Source: a virus (Duplodnaviria; Caudoviricetes). Taken from it: a stretch of 64,000 nucleotides of DNA. The DNA lies in IMG/VR virus record IMGVR_UViG_3300033802_000250; one strand, 5' to 3'. The first letter of the stretch is position 1, and each line of letters opens with the position of its first letter. Shown here piece after piece: positions 1 to 10,414 of this stretch. Under the pieces are notes generated by a model that saw only the letters and a list, made by a program, of their open reading frames with translations, was not told the origin of the DNA and did no database searches. The position numbers and the translations under genes were made by a program.

Positions 1-1
1 G

Positions 2-3000
2 ACGGTCATGGGCCGGAGTATTGACGATCTGATCCGCAACTACGACCGGTTGACGACGCAGATCGGCAATCTGCGCACAGGTGGTATCAATCTGCATGAG
101 GTTATCGAAATCGCAAACTCGGTCGGGTACGATCTTGGCGACGTTCAGCTTCAATTCACGCAAGCGGCCAAATTGCTCGAAAGCGCACGGGCTCAACTGC
201 CAGATGTCATCGAGGAAATGTTTGTCGCGGGGTTCCTGCATCCTGAACTGCGAAGCCGTCGGGCCGAGAAACTGATCGAGGCCGCCGGGCTCCCGGAAGC
301 ACAAGGATTGCATCTTGCTTCAACGGACGTAGATACGCATCTTGAAGTGCTTCGCGTGTTCTTCAACCGTCTGAACGAAAACCCGGAGTTCCAAAACTAC
401 CAGCCGTACAATCTGCTCCGTACCGGCGACATCGTTCTGCATGACATCGGATTACACAAGAACCTGCCGCTTGGCGCATACCGTGTGGAAAGCGTAGGGC
501 CAAACTTCATCAATCTGACGGCTTACAACTTCACCGCACCGGATGGCAAGCCGTTCGAGTTCCAAGTCCGTGCAGAAAATCCGCTGGATTTGAACCGCAA
601 GTTTCTGACCCATTTTCAGTTCTTGGGCGAAGGTTCCAATCCGAGCGATCAAGGACATATCCAGAACATGATTCGCGAGTTCGAGATGGACTTGGCGCGG
701 CGGTATATGCAACGAGCATCTCGGAGCGCATTTAACTTCGATCTTCAAGCGATGGAGCTTGGGCTTTTGGAACAGGGGTTGATCGCGCCGGATCAACACC
801 CGCTGGCCGTGGCCGAAGCGCGACGGCGTGCTATGACCGGGATCGAATCTGCTGTCGATCAAGTTCTTGTAGATAACACAGCTTTGTTCGGCAGGCCGGA
901 CTTTGATACCCTGCGCACGCTCGATATTACGCCGTCAAAGCGTGCGGCGTTTAACCAAATTCGCGACTTCTTCGACAGCGAGGAAGGCCGGGCTCGTCAA
1001 AGCTTCCTGCATGATGTCCGAGCATTGCAACGTACCGGCGTCATTACGGAAAGCTCGGCGAGAGAGCTTATCCGCCAAATGAACGCCTCCATCATCGAAG
1101 AAGGGCGACGCCGTGGCCGAAAGCTTTCGGTGCGCGGCATCGTCAGCGCGGGTGTAGCGCCGGTCACATTCGGTGACATGGCCGGGGAAAACATCATCCT
1201 TGACATGCGAAGTCCTGCACAGCTTCGCCGGAGCCTGTTCAGTATCGCGCAAGATCTGATGCCCGAAGCAGAAGGAATCTTCGACGCACCATATATGACG
1301 GAAAGCAATCTCAAATCGACAGCGATGAATGAGTTGCTGTTTCCGTTTCTGCGCGAACGCGGGCTGATTGAGTATGAGGATGATATCACGCTGGCTGAAG
1401 CCATGCGCCAACTGCAATCACGGCCTATCGTTCCGATGAGTGATGAGGGACAACCGTTGGGTGTGCTTCAGCAAGTTGAGGAGTTCGACTGGTTCGGCTA
1501 CCGCCAGAACGACCCCGAGTTTGTCGGCTTCATCAGACAGAAGCACGAGGAGTTGCTCGGCGAAATCAAGAACGGCATGACCGAGATGCAACGGATGCGA
1601 TTCGATGCTTATCACGATACTGTCCGTGCGTTGCAGGAAGCGGGTATGTACGATCCAAACCTGAAGATTACGCCGGTCATCGACGCTTCCCAACTGGATA
1701 TCAAGACGCTGAGCTTCAACAACTACAGCGGGCTCCGCCAACTGCGCGTCGATCAACTGCTTGACCTTCTGCCGCGTTTCAACAAGGATATCAACGAGCA
1801 AGAGATGATGCGGCGGTCGATCTTCCAAGAGTTGTTCCGGCGAGCGACAGAAGGAAAACCGAACTCGATTGAAGGATTGCTGTTTGAGAACGCAATCGAG
1901 CCCGACCGCATCGCGGCGGCGGAAGCGCTCGGGTGGATCGAGAGGATTCCAGAGGAGCAACTTACCCGCGTTCGTGAACGTCTTGGACGGTTTGATACGT
2001 TGCTTGGTGCTGTTGACCGAGTGGACAGCGAATACGGCGAATGGGATCCAACCAAATATCGTCGAGAGATCATGGAAGGTTTGTCGGACATCGAACTGGC
2101 AACCGGCTATCGCCAGAGCCGCGACTTCGCCAACATGTATCTTGGCGTTTACAGCGACTATTCGCATTGGCGGCTGAAGGATGTTCCACAGGCCGAGATA
2201 GCCAAATTACTCCGCAGAGATTATACTGAATATAGTGGAGCAAGTCTGGTTGCCGGGTTCCTGCAACAGTGGGCTGACGAAGGATTCCAAGGCCAAAGCC
2301 CAATGGCGACAAAGCCGCTTCAGCGGCGCGTCATTGATCCGCGCCGGGCAACAGTAGAGGATTTGGAACAGGCCGGAATGTCCAAGTCTGAAGCAGTTTC
2401 GCACCTGCGGGACATGGTGCGGGCAACGTACGAAGCAAGCGAGGAAGCGAAGCGCGAGGCGTGGATGAAAGCCCCTGTCATTTATGAGACGATGGAGGAT
2501 ACGATGGGCCGCCTGCGCCCGGACGATGAGATCACAAATGCGATCAATCGTGGCAAAGAGCGAGTTCGTCAGACCATCGACCGGATAACGGAAGGCATCG
2601 ACATGGATCGCGTTGGTCGCGCGGCCAAGTGGATCGCCGGAATTGGGATCGCCGCGTTTGCGCTCAGACAATTTGCCAACGCCAGCGGGCCGCTGAAATT
2701 CGATCATCGCCCGCAGGGTCACGGTGTCGAAGGTATCGCATCGACGGATTTGAACGATGACATCCGGGAACCGGGACTTCAGGCGGGCAACAATCCGTCG
2801 GCATCGGGTAAAGCGTATGTCACGGCTGGACAAGGTCGGGGTTATACCATCCGAGCCCGGGCGCGTGACAAACGTAACATTGACCACAATGAGATCACGA
2901 GCCAACTGGAGAGCGAAATGGGAGCGGTCAACATCAACGTGCGTGATGATCGACAAGCTATGGATCGCCGCTGGTTGGAGCAACAGTTCGACACATACAT

Positions 3001-3022
3001 TCAAAGAGGTCATTTGGGATAA
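2..3022 (+). CDS. Large virion protein, C-terminal part; probable tape-measure-like or ejected protein (5'-truncated by the window)
   Basis: Frame is open from the window edge (acg gtc atg), >1000 aa and largely helical. One hydrophobic segment near the C-terminus (AAKWIAGIGIAAFALRQF). Lies just upstream of the hub/lysin gene, the usual tape-measure position. Confidence 0.5.
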   Translation, partial: TVMGRSIDDLIRNYDRLTTQIGNLRTGGINLHEVIEIANSVGYDLGDVQLQFTQAAKLLESARAQLPDVIEEMFVAGFLHPELRSRRAEKLIEAAGLPEAQGLHLASTDVDTHLEVLRVFFNRLNENPEFQNYQPYNLLRTGDIVLHDIGLHKNLPLGAYRVESVGPNFINLTAYNFTAPDGKPFEFQVRAENPLDLNRKFLTHFQFLGEGSNPSDQGHIQNMIREFEMDLARRYMQRASRSAFNFDLQAMELGLLEQGLIAPDQHPLAVAEARRRAMTGIESAVDQVLVDNTALFGRPDFDTLRTLDITPSKRAAFNQIRDFFDSEEGRARQSFLHDVRALQRTGVITESSARELIRQMNASIIEEGRRRGRKLSVRGIVSAGVAPVTFGDMAGENIILDMRSPAQLRRSLFSIAQDLMPEAEGIFDAPYMTESNLKSTAMNELLFPFLRERGLIEYEDDITLAEAMRQLQSRPIVPMSDEGQPLGVLQQVEEFDWFGYRQNDPEFVGFIRQKHEELLGEIKNGMTEMQRMRFDAYHDTVRALQEAGMYDPNLKITPVIDASQLDIKTLSFNNYSGLRQLRVDQLLDLLPRFNKDINEQEMMRRSIFQELFRRATEGKPNSIEGLLFENAIEPDRIAAAEALGWIERIPEEQLTRVRERLGRFDTLLGAVDRVDSEYGEWDPTKYRREIMEGLSDIELATGYRQSRDFANMYLGVYSDYSHWRLKDVPQAEIAKLLRRDYTEYSGASLVAGFLQQWADEGFQGQSPMATKPLQRRVIDPRRATVEDLEQAGMSKSEAVSHLRDMVRATYEASEEAKREAWMKAPVIYETMEDTMGRLRPDDEITNAINRGKERVRQTIDRITEGIDMDRVGRAAKWIAGIGIAAFALRQFANASGPLKFDHRPQGHGVEGIASTDLNDDIREPGLQAGNNPSASGKAYVTAGQGRGYTIRARARDKRNIDHNEITSQLESEMGAVNINVRDDRQAMDRRWLEQQFDTYIQRGHLG

Positions 3023-3050
3023 CCTCGGGCACTCCCTCCGGGGTTATCCC
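3016..3050 (+). other. 13-bp stem-loop overlapping the stop codon (no U-tract)
   Basis: gggataacctcgg-gcactccct-ccggggttatccc, with one G-U pair. Confidence 0.55.
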
Positions 3051-3063
3051 GAGAGGGGTGAAG

Positions 3064-3279
3064 ATGATGAATGTAAGGGCAATTTGGGATCGTGTAGTAG
3101 CCAATCGCAAAAGGCTGGATGCATGTGCTTCACATGATTTTTCTATCGACGCAACGCCCGGCCAGACGCTCGCAAAGCAATGGAGATGCGTACATTGCGG
3201 GGGCGAGGTTGACCATAGCGCGAAGTTCTGGTATGAGGAAGGACGCAGACACGCGCAAGAGGTGAAACAAGATGGCTGA
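3064..3279 (+). CDS. Small hypothetical protein, putative Zn finger
   Basis: RBS gagaggggtg; CASH...CVHC motif; overlaps the start of the next gene. Confidence 0.7.
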   Translation: MMNVRAIWDRVVANRKRLDACASHDFSIDATPGQTLAKQWRCVHCGGEVDHSAKFWYEEGRRHAQEVKQDG

Positions 3280-6200
3280 CTTCTATAATCACGACGTACG
3301 AAGCCGGTGTGGCGTGGATGCGAAAACACTGGACGCCAAAATTCTGCCCAAAGCGATTCTCAACGAGCAACGCCGCTTGAAAGAGGAAGGTGTCAAGGTT
3401 ACATCTGTGATGCGAGGGATCGGAAGTCTCTTGCTCAAGATGGAGACCGAATATGGCATCAATGCCTGCTTTCTGGCGGCTGTTGCCGCATTGGAGTCCG
3501 GTTGGGGCACCAGCGACTTTGCCATCCAATACAAAAGCATCTTCGCTATTGGCGCATACAACAAAGACCCGGAAAACACAAAGGAGTACGGTGGCGCAAC
3601 GATTGAAGAAGGCGTAGCCAACAGCGTCTACGCAATGAAGCACTACTTCATTGAAAAGCACAAAAAGTACACGATCAACCAGTTCCAGTCGTACCCGAAT
3701 GCTTATGCTCAACTAAACGACGGAACACCAACACCGCATTGGGCAAAAAACGTTGCGGATATTTGGGCGGAACTGCAAGGCATCCCGAATACTGGCGTGG
3801 GACGTGTGTCTGAATACGACAACCGCTCCGGTTCGACAAGTAATGGGCTCATCGGTCGCCAATGGGATTGGGCGAAGTATGAATTGGAGCCGGGCGACAA
3901 CCTTCAAACCGTCGCGGCAAAATTCAAAACGGGCGTTGACTTTTTGTGCAAATGGAACGGGATTACGACTTCGCAAGTCCTGCATCCCGGCAATGTGTTG
4001 CGCGTGTATCCGTGCTATACGGTGGTCGATGGTGACACATGGAATGACATCGCGGTGGACTTCGGACTCACGATCAAGGAGATCAAGGCGCTCAACCCGG
4101 GCGTACCCGAAGTGCTTAATCCCGGCACCAAAATCCGTCTGCCCGCGATTATCATCACCGACGACCCTCCTCAAAGCTACGATCAAGTCAATCGAGACAC
4201 GCCGGACGGTGCGTCTCGTTATTCACGCAAGCTTCCGTTGGAACCGGTGCTTGGTGTTGCGCCGCACGTTGAAGACGATGAATATCCGGCACATCGCACG
4301 CGACAAAATCCGTTCACGGTACGCATCGGTGACGTGCAATTGTTTCTGCCGCCGACCAGCATCAAGACCAGCAAGGAAGGTTTCGTGGATTCGCGGCACG
4401 TCATCCGTAGCCATACGGACATGATGACGCGGTCGGGTCACACCCGGCGCAAAATCGAACTGGAACTGTATTTCACGGATACCGATCAGATCAACGGCTA
4501 CCGGGTGCAAGGGCCGAACGGCATGACATATTATATGGACGGCCTGCGGCCTCTGATTGCACAGTTCATGAAAAATCCGTTTCTGCCGATTCGCAATGAA
4601 CTGTTGAACGACCGGCACAAGATTTATAATGTTGCATTCCATGATCTGCTGATCGAGACTGACCCGGACTTCCCGAATGTATTAGTCTGCCGATTGTCAT
4701 TGCTCGAATGCTCTGTAGAGCCGCTGATCCAGTATCCGGACTTCTTTTACGACGAACTGTTCATGTATCCGCTGTTCCGCTGGTGGTATCAGCAGATGCT
4801 TCAGGAAAACGCGGCAAATCGTCTGTCGGCGCGTTACCTGAAGACTGTACCGCATGGTTCGCTTCTCGGCGGCATCACCTTCAACGTATTGGATCGTGAA
4901 AAAGTCGTCGAACTGATTTCCAACACCAACATTTATATCCTGTCGCAGATCAAGTTCAGCGAACTACAAAGTCTAATGTCGCCGTGGCCAATTGGTGACG
5001 CGGTTCTGGAGAATGTCACTGTCGGTATGTCCAAGACATACAATCCGCTCCATTGCGACCATCATGAGATTCCGGTATTCCAAGACTTGGGCGGCATCAA
5101 GAAAGAGTTCATTCTGGAGTTCACCTGTACCAATCGGGCCCAACTGGAATCGCTGAACAACATGGTATCGCATTTGGAGGAGATGAGTCGCGACTTCAGA
5201 CATCGTTTCGTATCCGGGTTTTTGCAAATCGACAACGAGATTCTGAACATGTGCGGTATCTACAATGCGATGGTTGTGTCGATGGATACGGAAACACTTT
5301 CGGAATACGACGAATGTTTTCGGGTTCGGTTGTTCTGCGTAGGTTTCGATCCGACGCAGAAAAACCACGAGCGCGTGCTTGGCGTCAACTCGCTCATCAA
5401 CGACCCCGAGCAATACCTGTCGTTCTCGAATCCGAATAATCTGAACCCGGAAACATCTGCGCTCATTGAAAACAAAACCAACCGCCAGAGCGGTGTGTTC
5501 ATGGAGGCCGCCGTCGAAGAAGCGCTGAACTTCTTGGAATTGTATCCTGATCTGGAGCTTCCGACGTACGACGATGTCAACAAAGCGATTCCGGCCATCA
5601 ACAAACTGCGGCGCACTTACGGACGTTCGCCACTTCCGATGACACAGATTCCCAAGCCTCCGGGGGCGGTCTTTGTCGATCCCGACTTCTATTTCGCCTA
5701 CCCGGACATCAAGCGTGCGTTCGAGACATTGGAGGTTGGCGATTTCGGCGCAAAGTTCGTCAACATGTTTGGCAATCCTGACGGTTATCTCGACTACGCC
5801 GCCTTATCAAACGAGATGGATTTGGGATGGTGGCTTGACGGTCAGGACGATTCGCTCATGAAAGCATGGCAAGACGATGCCTTCAAGCAGACATACCGCG
5901 AGAAGATGGAGACCGTCGTTGACCTTTCGTCGCTCGAGCCGACGGATTATGCCGACAATATCGGAACCAATTGGAGCGCCGACAATCCGCCGCCGCGCAA
6001 TGATGAACTGTTGCGCATGATGTGTCACGACATGATTATGTACAACAAACGTGGCCGGATGGTTCGGGCATTCCCTACATACCTGATCCTGTTCGTCGAT
6101 GAAGGCCAGTGGCTCAACGGCAAGCGGCTGTGGAACAACTACTACACCTACCACGCCGTCCATGAGATCAGTGTGGTGCGTGACAAGGACAATCCGGTCG

Positions 6201-8884
6201 ATCTGGCTTACGTGCGGATGTCCAATGTGTATGGCGCATTCGACTTCTCGACACGGCTTGTTGACCCGCGTGATTATATGAAGCATTCTTACGGCATTCT
6301 GGAGCGGGCAAAGAAGGTCTTCACGAACTTCTATCTAACGATCACCGAGAAGACGATTACCGAGCGCACGCAGTTGCTTGACCACCTCAAGCTGAAGCAG
6401 GGTTCCCGTGTGCATATCCGAATGGGATATGGCGCAACGGCGTCGTATCTGCCAATTTGTTTCAATGGTCAGATCGCAACGATCAATGAGGGCGATCATC
6501 TTGAGATGGTTTGCCAAGGCGACGGTGTCGAACTGACACGTATTGTTTCCGTGCATCCGAGCGGCAAGCTGACAAATGGCGCACCGCTTAAAGAAGAACC
6601 GCAAAACATCTTCAAGCAACTGCTTGTTTCGCGGATGTCGGACTTCTGGTTCGCAATGTCGGAGGATATGGGGAACATCTTCAACAATATCACGAACGCC
6701 TTCGGCATCGAGCATTTTGGGTACATCGAAAGCTACGCCAGCGACGGGACATGGCAAACGCTCAAAGACCTGATGGATTATCTGACCGACAAAATCTTCG
6801 ATACCGACAAGTCCGTCTACATCTACGATGTGATGAAAAACATCTATCGTGGAACAACAATTTCGGGCTTTACGGATACAGCGTTCGTGTTCGACTACGA
6901 AGCCAACATCAAAATCTATCCCTTCGGCAGAACAACATGGGATATTATGCAAGTCGTCACCTTGCATACCCCTGAGTTTATCTGTGCGCCGCATGTTCAC
7001 GGATTCCACAGCACGCTGTTCCACGGAATGCCGCATTGGCCCGTAAAGTATGCGTATCGCCGCAAACGAAATGCGAGCGGCAAGCCGATGGGCGACCCGG
7101 ACAAGTTGACCAGCTACGAGGAATTGTACAAGCCATTCCAGCAGTTCTATACCATCATGTCCGGGTACGATATTATCCATAACGGTATCGAGGTCAGTAG
7201 CGAAAACCTTCGTCATATCGCCGTCGGTGTGTATTTCAAAGGTGCGGGGCGCGAACAGGTCACGACGGATGCCGTTTATGCCGACCGTACCATCAAGCAA
7301 GAAATTCAGAAGACGATGCTGGTCGATACGATGGTTTATCAAAATCTGTGGGGGCCGGAATGGATTTATGACACTCTCCGGGGCGGCGCCGGATGGCTGT
7401 TTGACTTCACGGCATGGGGTGGCTCCAAGGTCGGTCGCTTCTTGTACAAGCATTTTGGAATGGATCCCGATCTGACAGACGAGCAGAAAGAAGCACTCTT
7501 GAAGCAACTCGACCCCTATGTCGAACAGGCAATGCCGGACAAAAACAAAGTGTTTCAGCCGGGATTTGAAATGGCGCTTGCTGTTACCATCGGAGCGCTT
7601 CAGCGCAACTTCATGGAGATGTATCAGGGCGAACTTATTATCTTCGGCGAACCATCCATCAAGCCGTGGGATATCTTCTATCTCGCAGATGAATACAACA
7701 TGATCCACGGAACGGCTGGTGTCGGCAAGGTTACGCATACGCTCAGTCAGGAGACCGGATTTACGACGGTTATCAAACCCGACCTGTGCGTAACCCGGAG
7801 CGATGGAGCGCATCGTAACTGGTTGTACAGTACCATTACCAAGGCCGGTAGCGCCCTTGTTTTGAAAGGGCTCCACCGTCTTGCGATGACGAAAGCGGCC
7901 AAGACAATCGCCGAACTGACCGGCGGCGGGACGCTGTGGACAGCCCGCAAGGTCATGCAAGGAGCCGGAAAACTGGCGTCGCTTACGGTAGGGGAAAATA
8001 CCGTACGGCTTGCCAAACAGGCGCTTGACGACTCGAAATTGGTCAAGACGGGGTGGTCATCGCTCAGAAGTCTTACCTCCATCGGCACGAAGGCGCTGAA
8101 GGCGGTCAAAACAAATGTCGTATTCGGCGTTATACTTGGCATCTTCACAACAAAGCTGGAAGATTGGATGCGTAAAGAACTCGGGTTCAACAACGTCATC
8201 TTCATCTACCCGTTGTGGAAGGCCGGTAAGCCGTTCGTTGCCGGGATTTCAGGATACCGCCACATCATTCCGAACTACATCGAGCCCGAATGGCTCCCGG
8301 TTGACTATATCGAGAAGATCGAGACTGGCGACCCCGAGTTCAAAAAGCCATCCTACGGTGACACCGAATATTCGGGATCGCTCATCGGCAGGTTGCCCGC
8401 AGGCGCAGTAACAAAACCGGTCGATCCATTCATCATCTCAAGCCGGTTCGGAATGCGTAACGGCAAGATGCATAAAGGGATCGACATCGCGCCTCTCCCG
8501 GATCGCAAAAAGAACACCTATGTCCGGTCGATTGCGGACGGCAAGGTCGTAGACTACGGATTCCAAGAGGAGATGGGCAACTATGTTTGTATCCAGCACA
8601 CCATCGGTGGTGAGCAATACTACGCAGTTTACATGCACTTGGCGCAGTCGTGGGTGCAAAAAGGCGACATCAGCGCCGGTGACGCCTTCGCCCTGATGGG
8701 TAATACCGGTAGCGTTCGCTCAGGAGGACGTGTGCCGGACGCCGACGAACTCGCGGCGGGCGCGGGCACCCATCTGCATCTTGAGATCAGCAAGGGAACG
8801 AAACGCGCAAAGACCGAGGAGGAAGGATTGCTCGATCCCGAAAAGTTCCTCGCGCAGTTCGGCATTGCGGACGAGAAGGAGTGA
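3272..8884 (+). CDS. Baseplate hub / tail-associated lysin fusion: glucosaminidase (GH73-like) + 2x LysM + hub region + M23 peptidase
   Basis: N-terminal YGINACFLAAVAALESGWG...AYA (glucosaminidase). LysM repeats YELEPGDNLQTVAAKF and YTVVDGDTWNDIAVDFG...LNPG. Hub-like RVHIRMGYG...FNGQI and IFGEPSIKPWD. C-terminal HKGID / YMHL / HLHLE M23 Zn motifs. Confidence 0.85.
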   Translation: MADFYNHDVRSRCGVDAKTLDAKILPKAILNEQRRLKEEGVKVTSVMRGIGSLLLKMETEYGINACFLAAVAALESGWGTSDFAIQYKSIFAIGAYNKDPENTKEYGGATIEEGVANSVYAMKHYFIEKHKKYTINQFQSYPNAYAQLNDGTPTPHWAKNVADIWAELQGIPNTGVGRVSEYDNRSGSTSNGLIGRQWDWAKYELEPGDNLQTVAAKFKTGVDFLCKWNGITTSQVLHPGNVLRVYPCYTVVDGDTWNDIAVDFGLTIKEIKALNPGVPEVLNPGTKIRLPAIIITDDPPQSYDQVNRDTPDGASRYSRKLPLEPVLGVAPHVEDDEYPAHRTRQNPFTVRIGDVQLFLPPTSIKTSKEGFVDSRHVIRSHTDMMTRSGHTRRKIELELYFTDTDQINGYRVQGPNGMTYYMDGLRPLIAQFMKNPFLPIRNELLNDRHKIYNVAFHDLLIETDPDFPNVLVCRLSLLECSVEPLIQYPDFFYDELFMYPLFRWWYQQMLQENAANRLSARYLKTVPHGSLLGGITFNVLDREKVVELISNTNIYILSQIKFSELQSLMSPWPIGDAVLENVTVGMSKTYNPLHCDHHEIPVFQDLGGIKKEFILEFTCTNRAQLESLNNMVSHLEEMSRDFRHRFVSGFLQIDNEILNMCGIYNAMVVSMDTETLSEYDECFRVRLFCVGFDPTQKNHERVLGVNSLINDPEQYLSFSNPNNLNPETSALIENKTNRQSGVFMEAAVEEALNFLELYPDLELPTYDDVNKAIPAINKLRRTYGRSPLPMTQIPKPPGAVFVDPDFYFAYPDIKRAFETLEVGDFGAKFVNMFGNPDGYLDYAALSNEMDLGWWLDGQDDSLMKAWQDDAFKQTYREKMETVVDLSSLEPTDYADNIGTNWSADNPPPRNDELLRMMCHDMIMYNKRGRMVRAFPTYLILFVDEGQWLNGKRLWNNYYTYHAVHEISVVRDKDNPVDLAYVRMSNVYGAFDFSTRLVDPRDYMKHSYGILERAKKVFTNFYLTITEKTITERTQLLDHLKLKQGSRVHIRMGYGATASYLPICFNGQIATINEGDHLEMVCQGDGVELTRIVSVHPSGKLTNGAPLKEEPQNIFKQLLVSRMSDFWFAMSEDMGNIFNNITNAFGIEHFGYIESYASDGTWQTLKDLMDYLTDKIFDTDKSVYIYDVMKNIYRGTTISGFTDTAFVFDYEANIKIYPFGRTTWDIMQVVTLHTPEFICAPHVHGFHSTLFHGMPHWPVKYAYRRKRNASGKPMGDPDKLTSYEELYKPFQQFYTIMSGYDIIHNGIEVSSENLRHIAVGVYFKGAGREQVTTDAVYADRTIKQEIQKTMLVDTMVYQNLWGPEWIYDTLRGGAGWLFDFTAWGGSKVGRFLYKHFGMDPDLTDEQKEALLKQLDPYVEQAMPDKNKVFQPGFEMALAVTIGALQRNFMEMYQGELIIFGEPSIKPWDIFYLADEYNMIHGTAGVGKVTHTLSQETGFTTVIKPDLCVTRSDGAHRNWLYSTITKAGSALVLKGLHRLAMTKAAKTIAELTGGGTLWTARKVMQGAGKLASLTVGENTVRLAKQALDDSKLVKTGWSSLRSLTSIGTKALKAVKTNVVFGVILGIFTTKLEDWMRKELGFNNVIFIYPLWKAGKPFVAGISGYRHIIPNYIEPEWLPVDYIEKIETGDPEFKKPSYGDTEYSGSLIGRLPAGAVTKPVDPFIISSRFGMRNGKMHKGIDIAPLPDRKKNTYVRSIADGKVVDYGFQEEMGNYVCIQHTIGGEQYYAVYMHLAQSWVQKGDISAGDAFALMGNTGSVRSGGRVPDADELAAGAGTHLHLEISKGTKRAKTEEEGLLDPEKFLAQFGIADEKE

Positions 8885-8888
8885 TTCT

Positions 8889-9278
8889 ATGAACCCGGTA
8901 CAGAAGCGCATCTTCGATCAAGTCGTCAACCCGGCAATCCGTGGGCTTGCTGGTCTGCGGGTTGCCGAGATTATGGAGATCGACCACTTCCGAAAGAAGG
9001 CCAAGATTGCCTTTACGGACGGTCAACGGGAGAACGGGCAAGAGGTTGCGGAAGTCATGCTGGTTCGCCAGCAGGGCTTCCACGAACCCGGCCCGTTTGT
9101 CGGCGACACCGTTCTGATCGGATTCATGAACAACGACTACCGAAATCCGATCATCATCGGCTCGGTAGATTCTGCGTACCAGTTTCGCCGCAGAATCGAA
9201 CGAGATCGCCATCTCAGTCAAGGCTCGCTATTAAGCGACATCTATACGGAGAGGGTAGGTGAGACGTGGGATGTTTGA
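8889..9278 (+). CDS. Baseplate spike N-terminal OB-fold-like protein (gpV/gp5-N-like)
   Basis: ATG at 8889 after RBS aaggag. Motif PGPFVGDTVLIGFMNNDYRNPIIIGSV is typical of the gp5/gpV OB domain. Confidence 0.7.
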   Translation: MNPVQKRIFDQVVNPAIRGLAGLRVAEIMEIDHFRKKAKIAFTDGQRENGQEVAEVMLVRQQGFHEPGPFVGDTVLIGFMNNDYRNPIIIGSVDSAYQFRRRIERDRHLSQGSLLSDIYTERVGETWDV

Positions 9279-9987
9279 CCGGCAGTTTGGTTTCGAGGAG
9301 GTACACGATAAGCCCCGACTGGATCCAAACCAAGACCCGCTTCTCTCCATCTACGAGCAAGTCGCCAACAAACCGTATTTCTACGGCGACGAAGCGGGCC
9401 TCTATCACCCGCTTCTACATCAGGTTGTCAAAATGCGGAGTAATGGGATGATCGACATCTTCACAGCCCGCAACACCGGGATTCGGATTGATCCGAAAAC
9501 ACAATCCGTCAACCACTTTGCAAACCACCAGAAGTTCCACATCAACGAGATGTCGGCGTGGGTGACGGGAAATGTGAACGAGTACGTGAAGGGAACGCAT
9601 ACGATCAAGGCGGGCAAGAAGGTTGTCACAATTGCCAATGACAATATTGAGATCAAGACTGGCAAGAACATGGTCATCGAGATTTCCGGCGACGAAACGA
9701 TTCGCATCAAAGGTGATGCGAAGATCGAGGTCAACGGAAATTTAGATGCAAAAGTGAAAGAACATGCTACAATAAATGTAGACAAGACGGCTTCGATGCA
9801 CGGCCAAAACATTCGGATTCGTGCAACGAATGATCTGTCTTTGGACGGAAATCGGATTCTGATCGGGCTCAGCCAGCCTGACGACCACAATGCGGCTCGG
9901 TGGGAGGACTACTACGTCTACGACGAAAAGGGAAACCGCGAGAAACGTCGCCGCGTCGCTCAATCGAACAAGGTATGGATCGGGTGA
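9271..9987 (+). CDS. Baseplate spike beta-helix protein (gp5 C-terminal-like)
   Basis: 8-residue repeats VTGNVNEY/VKGTHTIK/ISGDETIR/IKGDAKIE/VNGNLDAK. Confidence 0.75.
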   Translation: MFDRQFGFEEVHDKPRLDPNQDPLLSIYEQVANKPYFYGDEAGLYHPLLHQVVKMRSNGMIDIFTARNTGIRIDPKTQSVNHFANHQKFHINEMSAWVTGNVNEYVKGTHTIKAGKKVVTIANDNIEIKTGKNMVIEISGDETIRIKGDAKIEVNGNLDAKVKEHATINVDKTASMHGQNIRIRATNDLSLDGNRILIGLSQPDDHNAARWEDYYVYDEKGNREKRRRVAQSNKVWIG

Positions 9988-9991
9988 TGAT

Positions 9992-10411
9992 ATGGCGAAG
10001 TATGACAAAGTGGATCTCAAACTCACCGAAGACGGCGATCTTGTCATCGAAAAGGGTGACTTGGCGCTGGTTCGCAAGCAGGAATTTATCAACCAATCGG
10101 CGCGGAACCGCGTCAAAACTAACGACCCGGAGTGGCCCGACTATCAGGGGATCGCAATCGGCGCAAATTTTGAAGATTTGCGCGGCAAACCAAACACCAT
10201 CGAAACGGCTCGGGAAGGCGTAGAAAAACTGACAGATTGTCTGACACGAGATGGTCTTATCGACCCGGAGGATTTGTATATCCAGCCTGTTCCGATTGAT
10301 AGGAAAACCATCGTCTTCTTCGTCTTCATCAATTCGCCGTATGAAGCGGAGCCGACGGGGTTTCAGGTTAAGCTGAACCTCGACACGGGTGTTGCGATAA
10401 GAGGTGTATAG
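9992..10411 (+). CDS. gp25-like baseplate wedge / sheath initiator
   Basis: DLKLTEDGDLVIEKGDLALV...T..EW....IGANFEDLRG; sits between the spike and baseplate J. Confidence 0.7.
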   Translation: MAKYDKVDLKLTEDGDLVIEKGDLALVRKQEFINQSARNRVKTNDPEWPDYQGIAIGANFEDLRGKPNTIETAREGVEKLTDCLTRDGLIDPEDLYIQPVPIDRKTIVFFVFINSPYEAEPTGFQVKLNLDTGVAIRGV

Positions 10412-10414
10412 CGG

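Noticed and set aside
8730-8888. Upstream extensions given in the ORF track (8730, 9890, 54647, 56785, 57096, 58549, 59118)
   Set aside because: They overlap upstream genes extensively; downstream starts with good RBS were used instead.
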